Assembly: GCA_030141605.1 (NCBI GenBank)
Contig: JAQGDQ010000032.1
Coordinates: 310,001-374,000 of the forward strand
Reading direction: 5' to 3'
Origin: Tubiluchus corallicola
Taxonomy: Eukaryota > Animalia > Priapulida
Length of the DNA: 64,000 nt
The position numbers and the translations under genes are program-made. The notes below the pieces were generated by a model. The model did not search any database. It was not told the DNA's origin and saw only the letters and a program-made list of their open reading frames with translations. Shown here one piece after another: positions 37,821-52,400 of this stretch; position 1 is the first letter of the stretch, and each line of letters begins with the position of its first letter.

Positions 37821-40800
37821 GTTGTTCATGCAATCCTGATGCAAAGCGACTATATGATGATTTGCTGACTGGTTATAATCGCTTGACAAGACCAGTACGA
37901 AACCACACGGAGTGCGTAGCTGTAAAACTCGGACTGAAACTCACTCAACTTATTGACGTGGTAAATCACATAAATCACCTTTAGTTTGTTTTTCAGCTTG
38001 AATAATTTAGTCTTACTTTGCGGTCAAACAGATGTCAACGCAATCATTGAGATGACTTCATACCGGCTAACGCGCATTCAAGTTACGCGCACGGCTTCAT
38101 ACAGTTTCGTGTCATTTCACGTATTTCTAATTAAGGGTGGCACATAATATTTTGCGGGGAGGTATAAAACAACGAATAATAGTAGAGTATAATTTATTCT
38201 GGCAAAGCATTGTTCAAACATTTGCAAATCTATCATGCCTTAAATTTGGTGTGGAGACTGCATACATGACGCACGGCCTGTAATCTTGAGGGGTATAATC
38301 GAAGCAGTGGCCTGAACACCTGAGATTGATTTTTTCGATTGAACTGAATCGCTTGGAAATTCACCGGACTTGAATCACGTCAAAAAACTGGAGCTATCCT
38401 GAAACACAGAATGGACGCTAAGATGATAAAAATATGCCATTGATCAGCCAGTCAACAGATAAGCTTGTGAAAAAACTGCAAGATGTGTTGAGGTCTCTAG
38501 TTTTTCGAGTCACTGCACCAATTACGCCCCTCAAGATGGCAAGCTGTGTGAGACACAAAGGGTTTACACGATACTTTGAATGCACGATAGATTGTAATAT
38601 AATAAATTGTTCTCTACTATTACTCGTTGTTTTTGTACGCCCCTAGCAAAACGTTATTTCCACCTATGTATACTATACAGTTTATGCGGAAATCGTCACG
38701 CGGAAAGATGTCAATTATCATATATTCATTTGATGAAATTATGCCTATTTGTATGTAAAACAGTATCATAGGAAACCAATAACCATTTGTCAGTATTCTG
38801 TATACGTACAATGTAATTTCATCCTGAAATGAATATCAAGATTGGCCTTCTCTTGACAAAGATTTTCAGATCAATATTATGTAATAAAAGATGTCGAAAA
38901 ATCCGAGTTTCTACCTTTTAAATTTTAAGCAAATTGTGACTAATCTCTGGCTAAAATGGTTGTATGCCAGCAATAACAAACGAAAACTGAAGTAAAAATA
39001 CGGTTGCTTAATTCAGCAGTGTAAGTCCTTCAGCAGTGTAAGTTTTTATTAACTAACACTGATTGATTATCTCTGTAAAGTTTTTATCAGTGATTATCAA
39101 TGTTTTTAATGGCAAATAAAGATTATTATATATATATATATATATATAGTTTTTTATTTCTATTTACTAAATTGCAGGATGAGAAAAATCAGATCATGAA
39201 AACCAATGTTTGGCTAAGACAGGTAAAGCCTTTAAATTCTTCTCATTGTATTTTTTGTTAGAAATCGCCGCAGGTTAGTTGTATGATAGTAAATCAAGAC
39301 ATTGGCAAACCACAGACGCTATCTTTCTCAAACTGTTTATAACCGTCCACATATTTTCAGCTACAAACAGAATGTCTAGTCCGCTACCGCAATATCACAT
39401 ACAGACAAATACTATTCAGTCAAGTATTTGTATTTCTTTTTTGCAGCCTCAATGATTCGTAATAGCTCCGGCCATTCTGCAAACCTCTGGTAGGTTCTGT
39501 CTTGGTGTATGTCACACTTCTTAAATGTCTCCAAGTGCTCTGCCGATCTTCTATTTGTTCTGTCTTCTTACATACATCAAGCCACCCTCTAACATCATGA
39601 CTACCGCTATTCTATTACCCATTGGGTCACTGTAACTCGATTTTTAGTGCTTCAGCTATTATTTCCTATTGATTCTGGACCTTCTACTCTCCATCATTTC
39701 GCCAACTCAACCACTGTTCCACGTTCAAATTATTAGGCTCACTGCATACTAGATCATACAAACCTTCTAGGTAAAGCAATAATTAGCCACGAATTACATC
39801 TTTAAGTTAATTTAGTTAAGTCGGTTTCTGAAAACGGAATTGATTTGTCTTGATCACAATGGAACTATGCAAATTTTATAGTTTGTGAAAAGTGGCATTA
39901 GACTTGTAAATTCAATAAAGGTCTTTGGCTCAATTCCATCCTTTTCAAATTTCATTTTTTAAATCAAAGTTGGTTTTAATTTTTATTTGTGGATCATATG
40001 TCATCACTGTCAATCACAGCAATCGCCTTACATCCTTTCCTGTGTCTGATGCTATCCCCTTCGCCCATTAACTACACTCGCATTCGCTTCTGTGTAAACT
40101 GTGAATATGGTCTATAAATTTTCAGCCACATGTTTCACTTTTGCTGTAAGTGCTAATGTGGCGCAATTTTTCATCAAATGCTGCAGACAAAGTTTATTTT
40201 GTTAAGCTCGGCTGTCATCTTTAAAAGCATTTATAGAGATGAAATCAGAAAGAACATTTTCTAGTGTTTACAGATTCGGCTAGCATAGAGGAGTATAAAA
40301 TTGTTTTAATGCCCAAAAACTGTGGCCTTCAAAATTCCCGTTCGAGTTGCTAGCACTGCTAGTCTGTTACACCATCTGTCCTGACGGACACTACTTAAGC
40401 TGCTTATAGATGCATGATTAGGCAAGGTTATGGTTTGATGGGGCGGAGAAGAAGGACGTTGTTGAAAAATTCACAAAATCATTAATTTTACTTTAAAATA
40501 AATTTCATTGACACCATTGTGTTCGTATTGAATTAGCATTTGACAAAATCAAGTGTGGAAAACAATATCCTTCATGTGGTGTCCGGTTTCGTTGATGCAT
40601 TTCTGAAGGCGTTCATGGAAGTTGGCCTCCACTCTCTCCAACATTACTTGTGTGGCTTTTTTCTATACACACGTGCTTTGAGGCTTCCAGACAAGAAATA
40701 ATCACACACGGACAAATCGGGGGACTGAGGGGGCCAAGGAGTGTCAGCAAACCTGGAAATGAGGCGGTCAATGCGAAGAAAGTCCATTGATGCCCTGGCT

Positions 40801-43800
40801 GTGTGGGCCGTCGCCCCATCCTGCTGAACCACACACGTCGGATAGGCATACGTTTTCGTCGTAATTCAGGCACAAAGAAGTTGTTTATCATCTCGGTGTA
40901 ACGCTCGGAATTCTCTCGGATTTTCAATAGCCCAATAACGACAGTTCTGTTGATTCACCATGCCACTGAGATGAAAATTGTGTTACGGGAACAGCCTCAT
41001 TTCGGTGAATGGTTAAAGTGGCGTCGAAATTCACGCTGAATAGCTGTAACAGACTCGTTATTCTTCACCTAACTGTCGTAGGCAAACACACGATGATCTA
41101 TCGTCCACAGCGCCATGGCTTCACGTGGAAACAAAAGAAAATAAATGCTAAAACACCACTGGCATAATGGTACCTGCCAGACAATGTCACTCCCTGAAAA
41201 TAGCCATTTCAAAAACGCCCGTTCTCTCCGCATCTGAACAGAATATTGAAAGCACTGAGCTAGAGAACCCAGATTTTTTAAAATCTCAAACTAATATATA
41301 TAATGGTAAAAAGATTAGTAATCTATAATGCCACAGAATAATTATCCAACAAGAGATGTTAATCCGTTCTTGCTACTTAGCTGGCAAACTTGGTAAATGG
41401 TGAGTTGACATTTTCAGGAATGGATCGATTATAAGCTGGCATGGGATCCAACTGAGTATGGTGGCGTTGATGTGCTTTACGTCCCATCACAACAGATTTG
41501 GGTACCAGATCTTGTTTTATACAACAAGTAAGTTACATATGTAAATGTATATGTTGTATGTAAATGGCTTATGCAGCGATGCTGTTATAATGTAATTGCA
41601 ACTGCCATATGCCATACTTTTATTGCGATATATATATATATACAAACTTTGTTGCAGTGCTGACGGAAACTACCAAGTTACCCTCATGACAAAAGCCACA
41701 ATTCACCCAGATGGCAGAGTTATGTGGGAACCACCAGCTATTTATAAAAGCTTCTGCCCAATTGAGGTGAAGTACTTCCCATTCGACGAGCAAGAATGCC
41801 ACATGAAGTTCGGTTCTTGGACTTACAATGGAGATCAGGTAAATGTATAAAGTACATACATATACTCAGGTGTGCGTTCAAATTTGAGTGATTTACCGTG
41901 AAAGCTGTAGTTACCAAGCTTGATGAGTATTTCACTATCTTATTCTTAAAGACTCCATCATGTAAGACAGCAGTCCAGCATTCAACCTGATGTTAGTGAT
42001 CAGAAACGAGACTGGCTCATTATCAAGGCCATCAATTTATGATAAGCCACTGAACCAGCAGAGTTGTCTTAAACTCGAATGCTTGTACGCCCTCCTTCTA
42101 AGAGGTTGCCAAAAAACGGACGAGAATCAAACCCAGGCATTCTCAAATGACCCTGCTTAAATTATTGGCTTCCACGGGGTTGCTAACTTTTTATTTATTT
42201 TTTTACAAAATACCCCGAAGAATCATAATGACTTGTATTTACAGGAAATCTTGTAAATCGCGTGCAGACTTCTTTGCAAATTCATTTTGAATTTATCATC
42301 AACTTTTGCTTTTTTGCAGGTGGATTTAAGCCACTTTGTGAGTGATGAAAACACGACAGAAGCGCTATTAAAGGGTTGCCAGGAGAACCCCAACAAAAAA
42401 TACAGACACTCAAACATGAAGTCGCAGAAAATTCTTCAGCATAAGCTGCAACCGAAAGAAGATGGTATAAACATCGAAGAATATTATCCAAGTGTCGAAT
42501 GGGACGTGTTGAAGGTACCAGCCAGAAAGTCTTTCATCATGTATCCATGCTGCATGGAGCCATTCATAGATATCACATTCTACATAAAACTTCGTCGGAA
42601 AACATTGTTTTACACAGTGAATCTGATCACGCCATGCGTTTCCTTGTCATTCCTCACGGTTTGCACATTTTATTTGCCAAGTGACTCCGGTGAGAAAATC
42701 TCACTGAGTATTAGCATTCTTGTCAGCTTAACTGTATTTTTCTTGCTCTTGTCAGAAACAATACCACCAACATCCATTGTTGTCCCACTCATTGGCAAAT
42801 ATTTGCTCTTTACAATGATACTAGTGACACTATCAGTGTGTGTGACTGTTTATGTGCTGAATGTGCATTATAGGACTCCTGCCACCCACACCATGCCTGG
42901 GTGGGTACACCGAGTGTTCCTTGAAGTTCTTCCAATGCTCTTGATGATGAAACGCCCGACGTTCCGCAAGGAGAAATCCTACGTCGCCGTTCAGGAGTGC
43001 AGTAAACGGTTCAGTGGAGTTTTTATCGATGACCAACCGACTCCACACCGGAGACGCGAGCCTCTGTCAAAACGCAAGAAACGAAAAGAGTCGGTGACTT
43101 ACTGCCCCGAGGTGCAGCGAGCAATGGCTGGTATTCAATTCATTGCTGAACACTTGCAGAAAGAGGATGAAGTGAATTCGGTAAGTCATTACGCAACTGT
43201 TAACAAGGTATTTCTAACAAAGGTAGCCCAGTCGGTGCATTGCTGAGCTTCACAAGGAAACTACAACCAGTCACAGAATTAATGCCATATAGTCAAACTG
43301 AATCAAACCCAGAGCCTTTCAGGGAAAATGCAAAATCATCATCATCGTGAGATACCTGTCCATTCAGGGGCGTATTAACCAACAGGCTAACTAGGCTACA
43401 GCCTAAGGCGCACAAGTTTGATGGGCGTCACATTTTAGAAAAAAAATTTATTCTCGTCGGAAAATGTGTATACTTTCATATTCATATAAAGAGCGCATGT
43501 TATATATGCAAGCAGTCACTGAGTTCAAATTCTATATAAGCGCCACATAACGAACAGGTGTAAGGTATTACACAAAAAGCAATTGCGCGGCCTAATTGGA
43601 TATAAACGCTATGTAAATATATGTAATTAATAATGACCACATAGAAACTAAGTTAATAGTGTTTCTAATACACCACAAGTAATTGTTTGATCTGCTCGTT
43701 ACACAAACAACTACAAATTCACAATATAGATGGACGGGACAAAACAATCAGCCTAGGGCGTCGTGAAGTCCTGAGACGCTCCTGTGCCCATGATATAATT

Positions 43801-44102
43801 TCTAGATCAGTCTATAATTCTAAATAAATACCAAACATGTATACTTTTAAACCTAAATATCAGACGACAGTTTTTCTGCATTTTAGAAATAATTTGACAG
43901 AACATATGGTCCAACAAATTTTTATTGTTCTTATTTCCAGATTCGAGAAGATTGGAAGTACGTTGCCATGGTGTTAGATCGATTATTTCTATACTGTTTC
44001 ACTTCTGCATGTGTTATAGGAACATGTGGCATCATACTGCAAGCTCCTGCAATATTCGATGACAAGGAACCGATAACACCACAGTACTTCCCAATTGCTT
44101 GA
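37821..44102 (+). CDS. Nicotinic acetylcholine receptor alpha subunit (protostome alpha1-4-like, cation-selective); signal-peptide exon not resolved
   Basis: Exons 37821-37960, 39178-39222, 41418-41527, 41658-41838, 42320-43180 and 43941-44102 join in frame. Motifs: [25 protein letters not shown], Cys-loop [15 protein letters not shown], loop B FGSWTY, loop C YPCC, M2 [24 protein letters not shown]4 [21 protein letters not shown] at ~44302. Confidence 0.95.
38155..38646 (+). mobile_element. Internally deleted Tc1-like element in nAChR intron
   Basis: TIRs GGGAGGTATAAAACAACGAATAATAGTAGAG and CTCTACTATTACTCGTTGTTTTTGTACGCCCC. Internal [16 protein letters not shown] remnant of the WPxNSPDLNPIE motif. 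Confidence 0.75.
40437..41236 (-). mobile_element. Decayed Tc1/mariner (DD37D/maT-like, DUF4817-type HTH) transposon
   Basis: N-terminus [80 protein letters not shown]. Imperfect TIRs GCGGAGAAGAAGGACGTTGTTGAAA and TTTCAAAAACGCCCGTTCTCTCCGC. Confidence 0.9.
43365..43784. mobile_element. hAT-type MITE in the last nAChR intron
   Basis: CAGGGGCGT...ACGCTCCTG termini, subterminal CAGCCTA(A/G)GGCG motifs, degenerate 8-bp TSD TGTCCATT/TGCCCATG. Confidence 0.75.
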
Positions 44103-46474
44103 ACATAAACTGTCAATACTGTATTATACTAACGTGGTACACTAGTAAAATCAGAGCTTGTTCATTTAATGTTCATTATACTGATGCCTTTAGCACAATG
44201 TTTTTGCCTGAGCCCTTGGCCTGAGCCTAAAATATAATCTTTTGTTTGGAATAATATTCCTCACTGAGTAAACTGGTTCATATGTTGCATTTACTTTTTA
44301 AATAAAATATAAAATCCACAAACAAAATAATATTGGTAACCTGTGCTAGATTGCGAATTAAATGGGTTTTCACACACTTTCTTAGATATTTCGTCTGTAG
44401 TTCACACTCTGGAACCTCTGGAAAGTTATCTGCCAGGCCTCAAAATGACGAAAACGAAAGAAATCCTTTCGGCTTTTGGATAAATGCACTATCACAAGAC
44501 CTACATTCAAAGTCAAACTCAGATTCAACTGTGCCGCAGTGACCCTTTCCTTCTAGCAGTAACCTATTTGCAAGAATGACTGGCTTGACCTCACTAGCAT
44601 TCATGGCAGGACGTAAAATGTTCTGTATGCCTTAAACGATCCCACCCACCTGTGAATCCAACATGAATCAACAATTTCATAACGACCTTCAATACTAGTA
44701 CTACCAATGTGCCAAGCCTTTTGTACCTTGGCCTTAAAGGGCTCTGTGATCAAATCTCACAGATGGGAATATGCAGCATGACCTTGCCAACATTTAAAGT
44801 CAACCTCAAACTCAGGATTGCCATTGTAATTCTGCTCCGAACTTCAAGATAAAAATCACGGCGACTTCCCCTATTTATTACATTTCACGTGCCAAATATT
44901 CAAACAAAAACTATCACAGATAAGATACTTTGGACCTTCAAAATCGAAATCTGCCGCGCTGATCTTGTGCGAAGTTTGATTTGGTTGGTTCCAAGAAAAC
45001 ATGGAGATGTGCTGCAAAATATTTGCAAAAACACACTCATGTACACACTTTGTCCCACCCCGATATTTCACCTGGGCGGTAGGGGCGAGTCTCGAATATT
45101 AAAATTCGATTTGACTGAGTTTTTAATTTGAATTCAATTGGAACCTAAAAGTGTGGATTCAAATAATTCACCATTGAACCTATACCATTTCAACTACATA
45201 CGTTTGTTACCATTGATTTATGCTGATGTACGTGGATTTCTATCTAGTAGAAATAATTAAATACACTACACCATTGTGTTGCCGAACTACTTTATTTACC
45301 ATGCGGTCTAGCCCATTAATACATAGCAACCATTAAAACGATTGAAACATTGTGCAAGTAGCACAATTTAGCTGTGATTCCTGTGCACAACTTTTAAATA
45401 AATATCAGTGTTTTTCCTGCAGAGCAAACTCGAGCAATATGTATGAGACTGCTTTTTATTAATGATTCAAAAATCTTTAAAACTGAATTCGAATTTGATT
45501 TGGATTCGAAATTTGGTTTGATTCGAGTTCAAAGTCAAAAATTCGACTCGATTCAAATTAGCTTTCTGATAGAGAATGCTCACTCCTGCTGGGCGGGGTA
45601 CAAAAAACAAATATATCTCTATTTACTTCTCTTTCTAAACCTCCTCTATCAACTGCGTATAAACAAATAAAAAACAAAGAACTTGATTATCATTAATCGG
45701 TGTATTTCACTGCATACAAGCAAAAATACTTATTACACGTTGCAAAATATATATAATGCTATTTTTACATAACACAGTCACAAAGTTTATTAATCTAATG
45801 TACGACACACAGAACTGGCAAATTATGATAAAGCAAACGAAATTACATTTAAACCACCTAAACTTGAATTTGGTTCAAGCAAGAAAACAAAACTTTAAAG
45901 AAAACACCAATTTTTCTGGTTTAACAGAGCAAAATTTGAGACTTTTGAAAGCTTGCGTTACATTATTTTTCTGAAAGAGAATTGTAAAAAATTCTTAATA
46001 TACAAACGAGCAAGATCATCTACAAATTGTGCAAAACTGACACAATAATGTATGTCGTTAAATCACTCATGCTAACAATGCAGAGTTAATGGATACATCC
46101 TTGGAGTTGTTAAGTGGCTTAACCACACTTATACATCTATTTAGCAGATCACGATGAAACATTAATTGTAACACAGTGTAATCACAGACGATTGTTTAGT
46201 GCCTCGTGCATGCATTGGCATGAGTAAGCAAGTATTCACAAAAATGCAAATATACTAAAATTTTATATTTACAAAAGGTTATAGTTTTTTCTGAAGCTGA
46301 AAAAATTTAAGCTTATGTCAAAACCACTTATGTTGTCTAAATACAAACATGTCTCGAAATGAAAACCATAATGTAGATATGTTACAACTTACAGACATTT
46401 GTTTTCCATCATTGACTAGCGAGATATTATTTCCACATAGTTTTTCCAAATAATTCAACGATAACACAAATGAC

Positions 46475-49400
46475 CTAACTGGAATTTGTCTTTCCTATAA
46501 GCTCACTCCCATCATCGCCATGGTTACTAACATTGCTGCTATCAACTGATTCACTGTCAGCATGGTCTTGTACGCCAATAGGACCTGGTTCTGCCGTATC
46601 TTGGCCTGAATGTTGGCACTTCTAAAAGGTAGTTGTGGCAAGTTATAATTAGCACATAAACATCCTCGCAAAAAACAGCAAATATATGATAGTGGAATGA
46701 TGCTTTTAAACAAATAAATTCTTCAAATTATAATTCAGCAAGAAAAGAAGGTGTACAGAAAGGTACCTCTAGGAAAAGTTTGGTAATATGGAAAGGAATT
46801 GAGGTCCACCTCAGCAGCCTACAAAATAGGATAGGAAACTGATAAAAAAAGAGATTTTCAATACAATATTCTACAAAATGAGTCATTGCCATACGAAACA
46901 TCTATGAGAATAATAATCAGTGAAAATTATTTTGAAGAATTTTGATGGTCTTTGTGGAAAAAAGGAATAACCCAAAGAGCATGAAAAACTATATAGTTTA
47001 GAAACTGTGTCAAGGTTTCTTTATCTTTAGCAAAATGTTCAAGGTATTTTTTGTGCATTAGAATGTTTAATTATTGTTATACTGCCATCATCATAAACTT
47101 ACAGCTCCGTAGAAATGTGCACGTGCTAGTATCAATCCATTTAGTCTTAATTATAGTGTCGCAACTCATGCGATTTGCATGACAAATTTCATTATATAAA
47201 AAGCTGTGTATATTTTGCGGTTGAATGCATTGTAAGAGATTGATTTTATGCTTTTATGTCCAGGGAAGGAATCTTGAAAAAAAAATTTGTAAAAATTAAA
47301 TAAGAAAAAACGTTACGAAATATAATGGAATTCACTTTTTATATAATGGAATTTGCCATGCAAATTGAACTAGTTGTAAATGTGATAACACAGCATTAAC
47401 TGTAGTGTGAATAAACTGAAATGCACAATAGAGCAAGCAAATTCAGTCATACACAGAGACAACAAAATATATCACATTCACAAATTGACAACATGCAATT
47501 TGTCAGAAGTGCTAAGTTATTTTTAAAAGACGTGATGAGATTGTTGTAATTACGTACAAATTCTCCATGCCACAGCTGCTCAATTTCGCCTCTATAACAA
47601 GCAATAATGACAGTAGTCACCATAAGGCAAGGAACAAGGTAGAGTAGTGCTGGCTGGCCAGTCTCCATCAAAGCCAACCCAATAAACGTCAATAGTAAGC
47701 CTATGCCGTAAGCTAGTTATAGAAAAACTGCAATTAATCATTTTATCAACAGTAAGACAAATCCACCAAAAATGAATTTAAGAAGTCAATTAAAAACAAT
47801 AGACATCACTTTAGTTGATGTATGGAAATGCATCTTCTCAGAGAATTAATGATAAGCAGTTTGCTGACAAAGCGTTCACAATGATTATTAGTCAACAGCA
47901 ATGTTTTGCAAAGATAATAAGTTTAGACAATTCACTTGGTGCCAGAACATCATTTTTGAAACGCATCATTTTTTAAATTGTGACAAATGTGCAAAAAATG
48001 TCTTTGAAATGTGTAATAATCGTAACTTGTACTGATGTATTTCGAAATTATTGCATTTTGAATTCAAGAAGCATTTTGTGAGCTATGAAGAACATTAAGA
48101 TTAATGATGTTACTAAAACACAAAAAAAATTAATATACAATTTATGAACTGCTTTTGCATTATTCTACAAGCTTGTGTAGGTTTCTTTCACTCCACTGAC
48201 ATACATATTTTGTGTAAAAACCTACCGATGGCCTCAAATACACTATTCAACTTATACATATTTTGTGTAAAAACCTACCGATGGCCTCAAATACACTATT
48301 CAACTTATACATGTAATGCTTACTAATCCCTATGGTATGGCAGCATAAACCACAGTAAGGCTATAAACAAAGCCATAAATACTTACTGGTATTCGCATGA
48401 GTGATTTAGAATTAATTTCTAATTCTTTGAGTGTAAGGTTCGACCGACAAACTGCCAACTTGCAGGTCTCCAAAGTACTGACTACTAATTTTATTGCTAA
48501 ATTTAATAGCTATCAGCTGGACTCGGCTTAGGCAAGAGAACAATAATAAGTACCAAAAGAAGAAACAAGACTTCCACTTTCAAGTTCTATGGAACTGTTA
48601 CATAACACTGGTTCCACATTACCTTCCAATAAACTTAATATACATAGCACTGCTTTTAAGTGCACACAATGTGTTTTTGCTGAGCATACATTTAGTTTAT
48701 TCACATCCTCTCTAACTGACTAGGATACACTTATAACATTATCGTTTATTATAATCAACAATTATTCGCTTATTATTATTATCAAAATAGATGTAATTCA
48801 TGTTAGCAAATAATAAATACATGCTCTGATTTTAATTTTAACTACTTTAACTGCAGAAGGTTAAACACAGAAATGTGCTCAAGTCGAAGAGAAGATAGAA
48901 AATAAATTTTCATCTGTTTTTTTCTGGCATTTGTACTCACTACAGAAAACTAAAAAAACACACTTGAATTGAAGAAAAATCAATTTTATTTTGAACTGAT
49001 TTGTTCAACGATTTGACTTACTCGAGAAAGCTAAAAGTGCAACTGTTTGGGTGTGAAAAATAAAATACTTAATTTGCTGTAGTATTATGCACTAACTGCA
49101 AAAAAACGAGAAATGTGTTTTCACTTGGCAAAAATCCACTGCATGATAGCAAGTTAAAATAAAGTTAAGTGAAAGAAAAGCAATTTACAACAACAACTAC
49201 CAAATGGCACATAGCAGTCACCGAGTAAAGCTAAAAAATTCTTACCAATGCTATTAGCAACAAAGTAGATTCGTTTGCTGTCTACTTTTAAGTCCCAATT
49301 GTGGCAATATGCGACGAGCAAACCTACACACAAAGCAAATCGGTAGTCATAAGACAGCATGTTAGTTCATAATCAGTACAATAAACACAATACTGCTACA

Positions 49401-52400
49401 AAGATTTTTTGCTGCTTCAACATGTAATTTTTTATTGGTACTATACTTTGCTTAGTTGAGATTAAATTTAGTTGGTCCACAAAATTTTTAGCAAAATTTA
49501 ATTAATTGAAATCAACAGACTACACCTGTTGGTTTCAACTAATTAAATTTGGGAAGCTTTAGTTTAACTTGTTTATTACAACTTCATAAAATTAAGTGTG
49601 AATTATTTTTTCTATAGTAACCAAAATTTGCTATGTTAAATTTATACTATATTATAAAGCTTTGTATAATTAATTAATTTGTGCTCAGGTCATAAAATCG
49701 AACAGTCATAAGTTGCATAGGTTGTAAGTCAACGATTGCCTGTAATGCAATTCGGATGAAATGATGATTACGATTAATCAAACTCAGTTGAAAATACTTG
49801 AAAATGAAAATTACAAAAGCAAGTGAACTGGGTGCAAGCTAGAGAATCTTTGATTTTGACAAACCCTCACTGAGCCAAAGTATTAAACACTGATGGGAGG
49901 CAATTGAGCTTAGAAAAACATGCGAATGTACATATGAAATATACCCGGTACGAGAATATCTCCAAAACCGAGTAGTGAGTAAGCAATTCCACATATACTC
50001 AATGGACCAGCATTGAGGTGCGGCACTTTTAAAACCATAGGAAGTTGCTCTTTTGATTGACTGCTACCACCAGTTGCCACGTCCACCATAACACTTTCTC
50101 CATTCTAAAAATATGTATTTCAAAAACATAGGTGAGATGAACTACATTGATGTGATAGCCGTTCTGATAGTTGACACACAAATCAAATAATAAGCTTTTG
50201 TTTTCTGAATCCTTGGACATTTGAATTCATTTAAAATTAACTTTCATTTTGACGGAAACTATTACTGAATTTAAGTTCTCCAATGTTTTTCCTGTGCAAA
50301 CAATTTGAATTGGAATAAAAGTAGACGCAGCAACAATACAATATGAAATAGCAAATCAGGAATTATCTGAAACATAAATGCTGAACATAATTGCAAAATG
50401 TGACATGTTGTCAGTTCGAATCTCAAATAACAAATTTCAAAAATCCAGGCATCAGTAATTCAAAGAATTTATAAGTGTGCACATAAGTGAATATTAGATA
50501 AACTAAAATAACTGTGTGTCACTTTCATCATTTAAATATATACTTGCTAACCATAAGATTCTTAATTTATTAACTTTTACATGCAAAGAGACAGGTGGAA
50601 CAAGGTTACAAAAATTTTACAGTGAAAAAGCCAATCCATTGTTTTAAGTTATTGCTTTTCAGTCTTGAACTTTTATTGGGTTACCACAAAGACATAAACA
50701 GACATATATTAACAAACTTATGCTCAAGTTAGGATATTTTGCAAAAACTTTAACTTTTTACAAAGAGCATAAAGGGCACTTCAACCAGTTTTCTAAAATG
50801 AGACGATAAAAATCATCCTACACAATGTGATTCATTTTGTCCTTACACTTTATCCATTGCATAACATAGTCTACTTAATCAACATAATTATAGTAAAATA
50901 AAATATTTAAAATAAATGTCATATTCATTATTGTAAAGTTGCTACTTCTTGTCATGATGCAAATTAGGGAAAGCTGCAGAGTTTCACTCATTGCCATAAA
51001 ATCTCATCATTCACAGTGTATTGTAATAGCAAAATAAAGCAGTTTATTGCGAGAACTTCCAGATCAGGGATACGCCGATATGGCAACTTGTGTTTTAATC
51101 CTCTACCAATTATTTTTACCTATTGCTGTTGGCCGATTTGATCCAATCTCAGATTCGATATCAGGCCCAAGCTGATGTGATGGTATTATAACTGCTGTAA
51201 CAGTAACTGCTGTTTATGTTGTGATTGTGGGAAGTCAAAATAAAATATAATTATAGCATCAGCTTAAAAATAAAATGACTATTGACTTCTTTTACAGTTA
51301 TATATAAGACATTTTTGTCCTTCTGCAAAGTGCTAATCATGTACTAGCTTTGTGTTTATAGATGCTGTTTTATTATTAATACCTTTAGTTTATCTTTGTT
51401 AGGGACAGCTTCACATAATGGCTCAATGATTATTTGCCTATGTTATAGCCTATCTCTATTTTAACTTGAACTAAATTATTAATTAATATAATTTCCCAGT
51501 TTATTCAGATTAATGAATAAAGGGAAAATATTTAGAAACTAATAAATTAATCCTTGATAATCGTTGTTCAATTAGAGTCAAAAAATGCCCATAGGTGGCA
51601 GAATTGACTAATTCAATACTTTAAAAAAAATAGAATTTCAATTGAATCATATAATACTATAAACAATCATGCACCTAGAACAATAAGCGATAATTATATA
51701 CAAATTACCTTTGTAAATAGAGGTGTTATGAAAACGAAGAAAATATCGTACACAAACAGGAGCAATAATAGAATTGTACAAGCCTAAAAAATAAAAAAAT
51801 ACGTGGAATGTCAGTATTAATGGTGATATTAAAGTTTTCTAAGATTGTGGTTCAACAAGGTATTATCTTGCTTTGCATCATACAGTCAAACCTCTTTACA
51901 CCACCAACTTTGGGATTGCAAAAAAAGTTGGCATTATGGCGAGTTTGACATTATAACGAAGTGGATTAATACATACATGTCTATACAAATACAGACACTT
52001 TGATTTGCAAAAAATTTGGTAGTTAAGCAAGGTTGGCGTTACGGGGAGGGGGGGTTATATTGAGGTTTGACTGTACTTACATTTAATTTTCTTATTAAAT
52101 GGTTTTCGTAGACAAAAGTCCATAATTATATTATAGAAAGTGTGTTTTGATCTCACCATTTTAATCCCATAAAATACTTTATCATTTCTGTTAGAACAGA
52201 TTCACAGCACGTAGTAATATTAAAGACCTACTTATATTTACTACACAAGAGGCAATTAGTATAGGTGGAGGCCAACTTATGACCACAATTGGTTCCAACA
52301 GACTGGTCGTAGGGTGAGTTGGACACAAGTGGGGCTTGTATCCTCAAGTGGTGTGTTCCTACATGTCTACACACAGTGTATGGGTGACATCTACTGATGA

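Noticed and set aside
44380-44870. Possible decayed RTE ORF2 fragments (also ~39480-39740 and ~41940-42170)
   Set aside because: Only faint motif resemblance (e.g. EVRSRITMA) with many stops; too weak to call without an HMM search.
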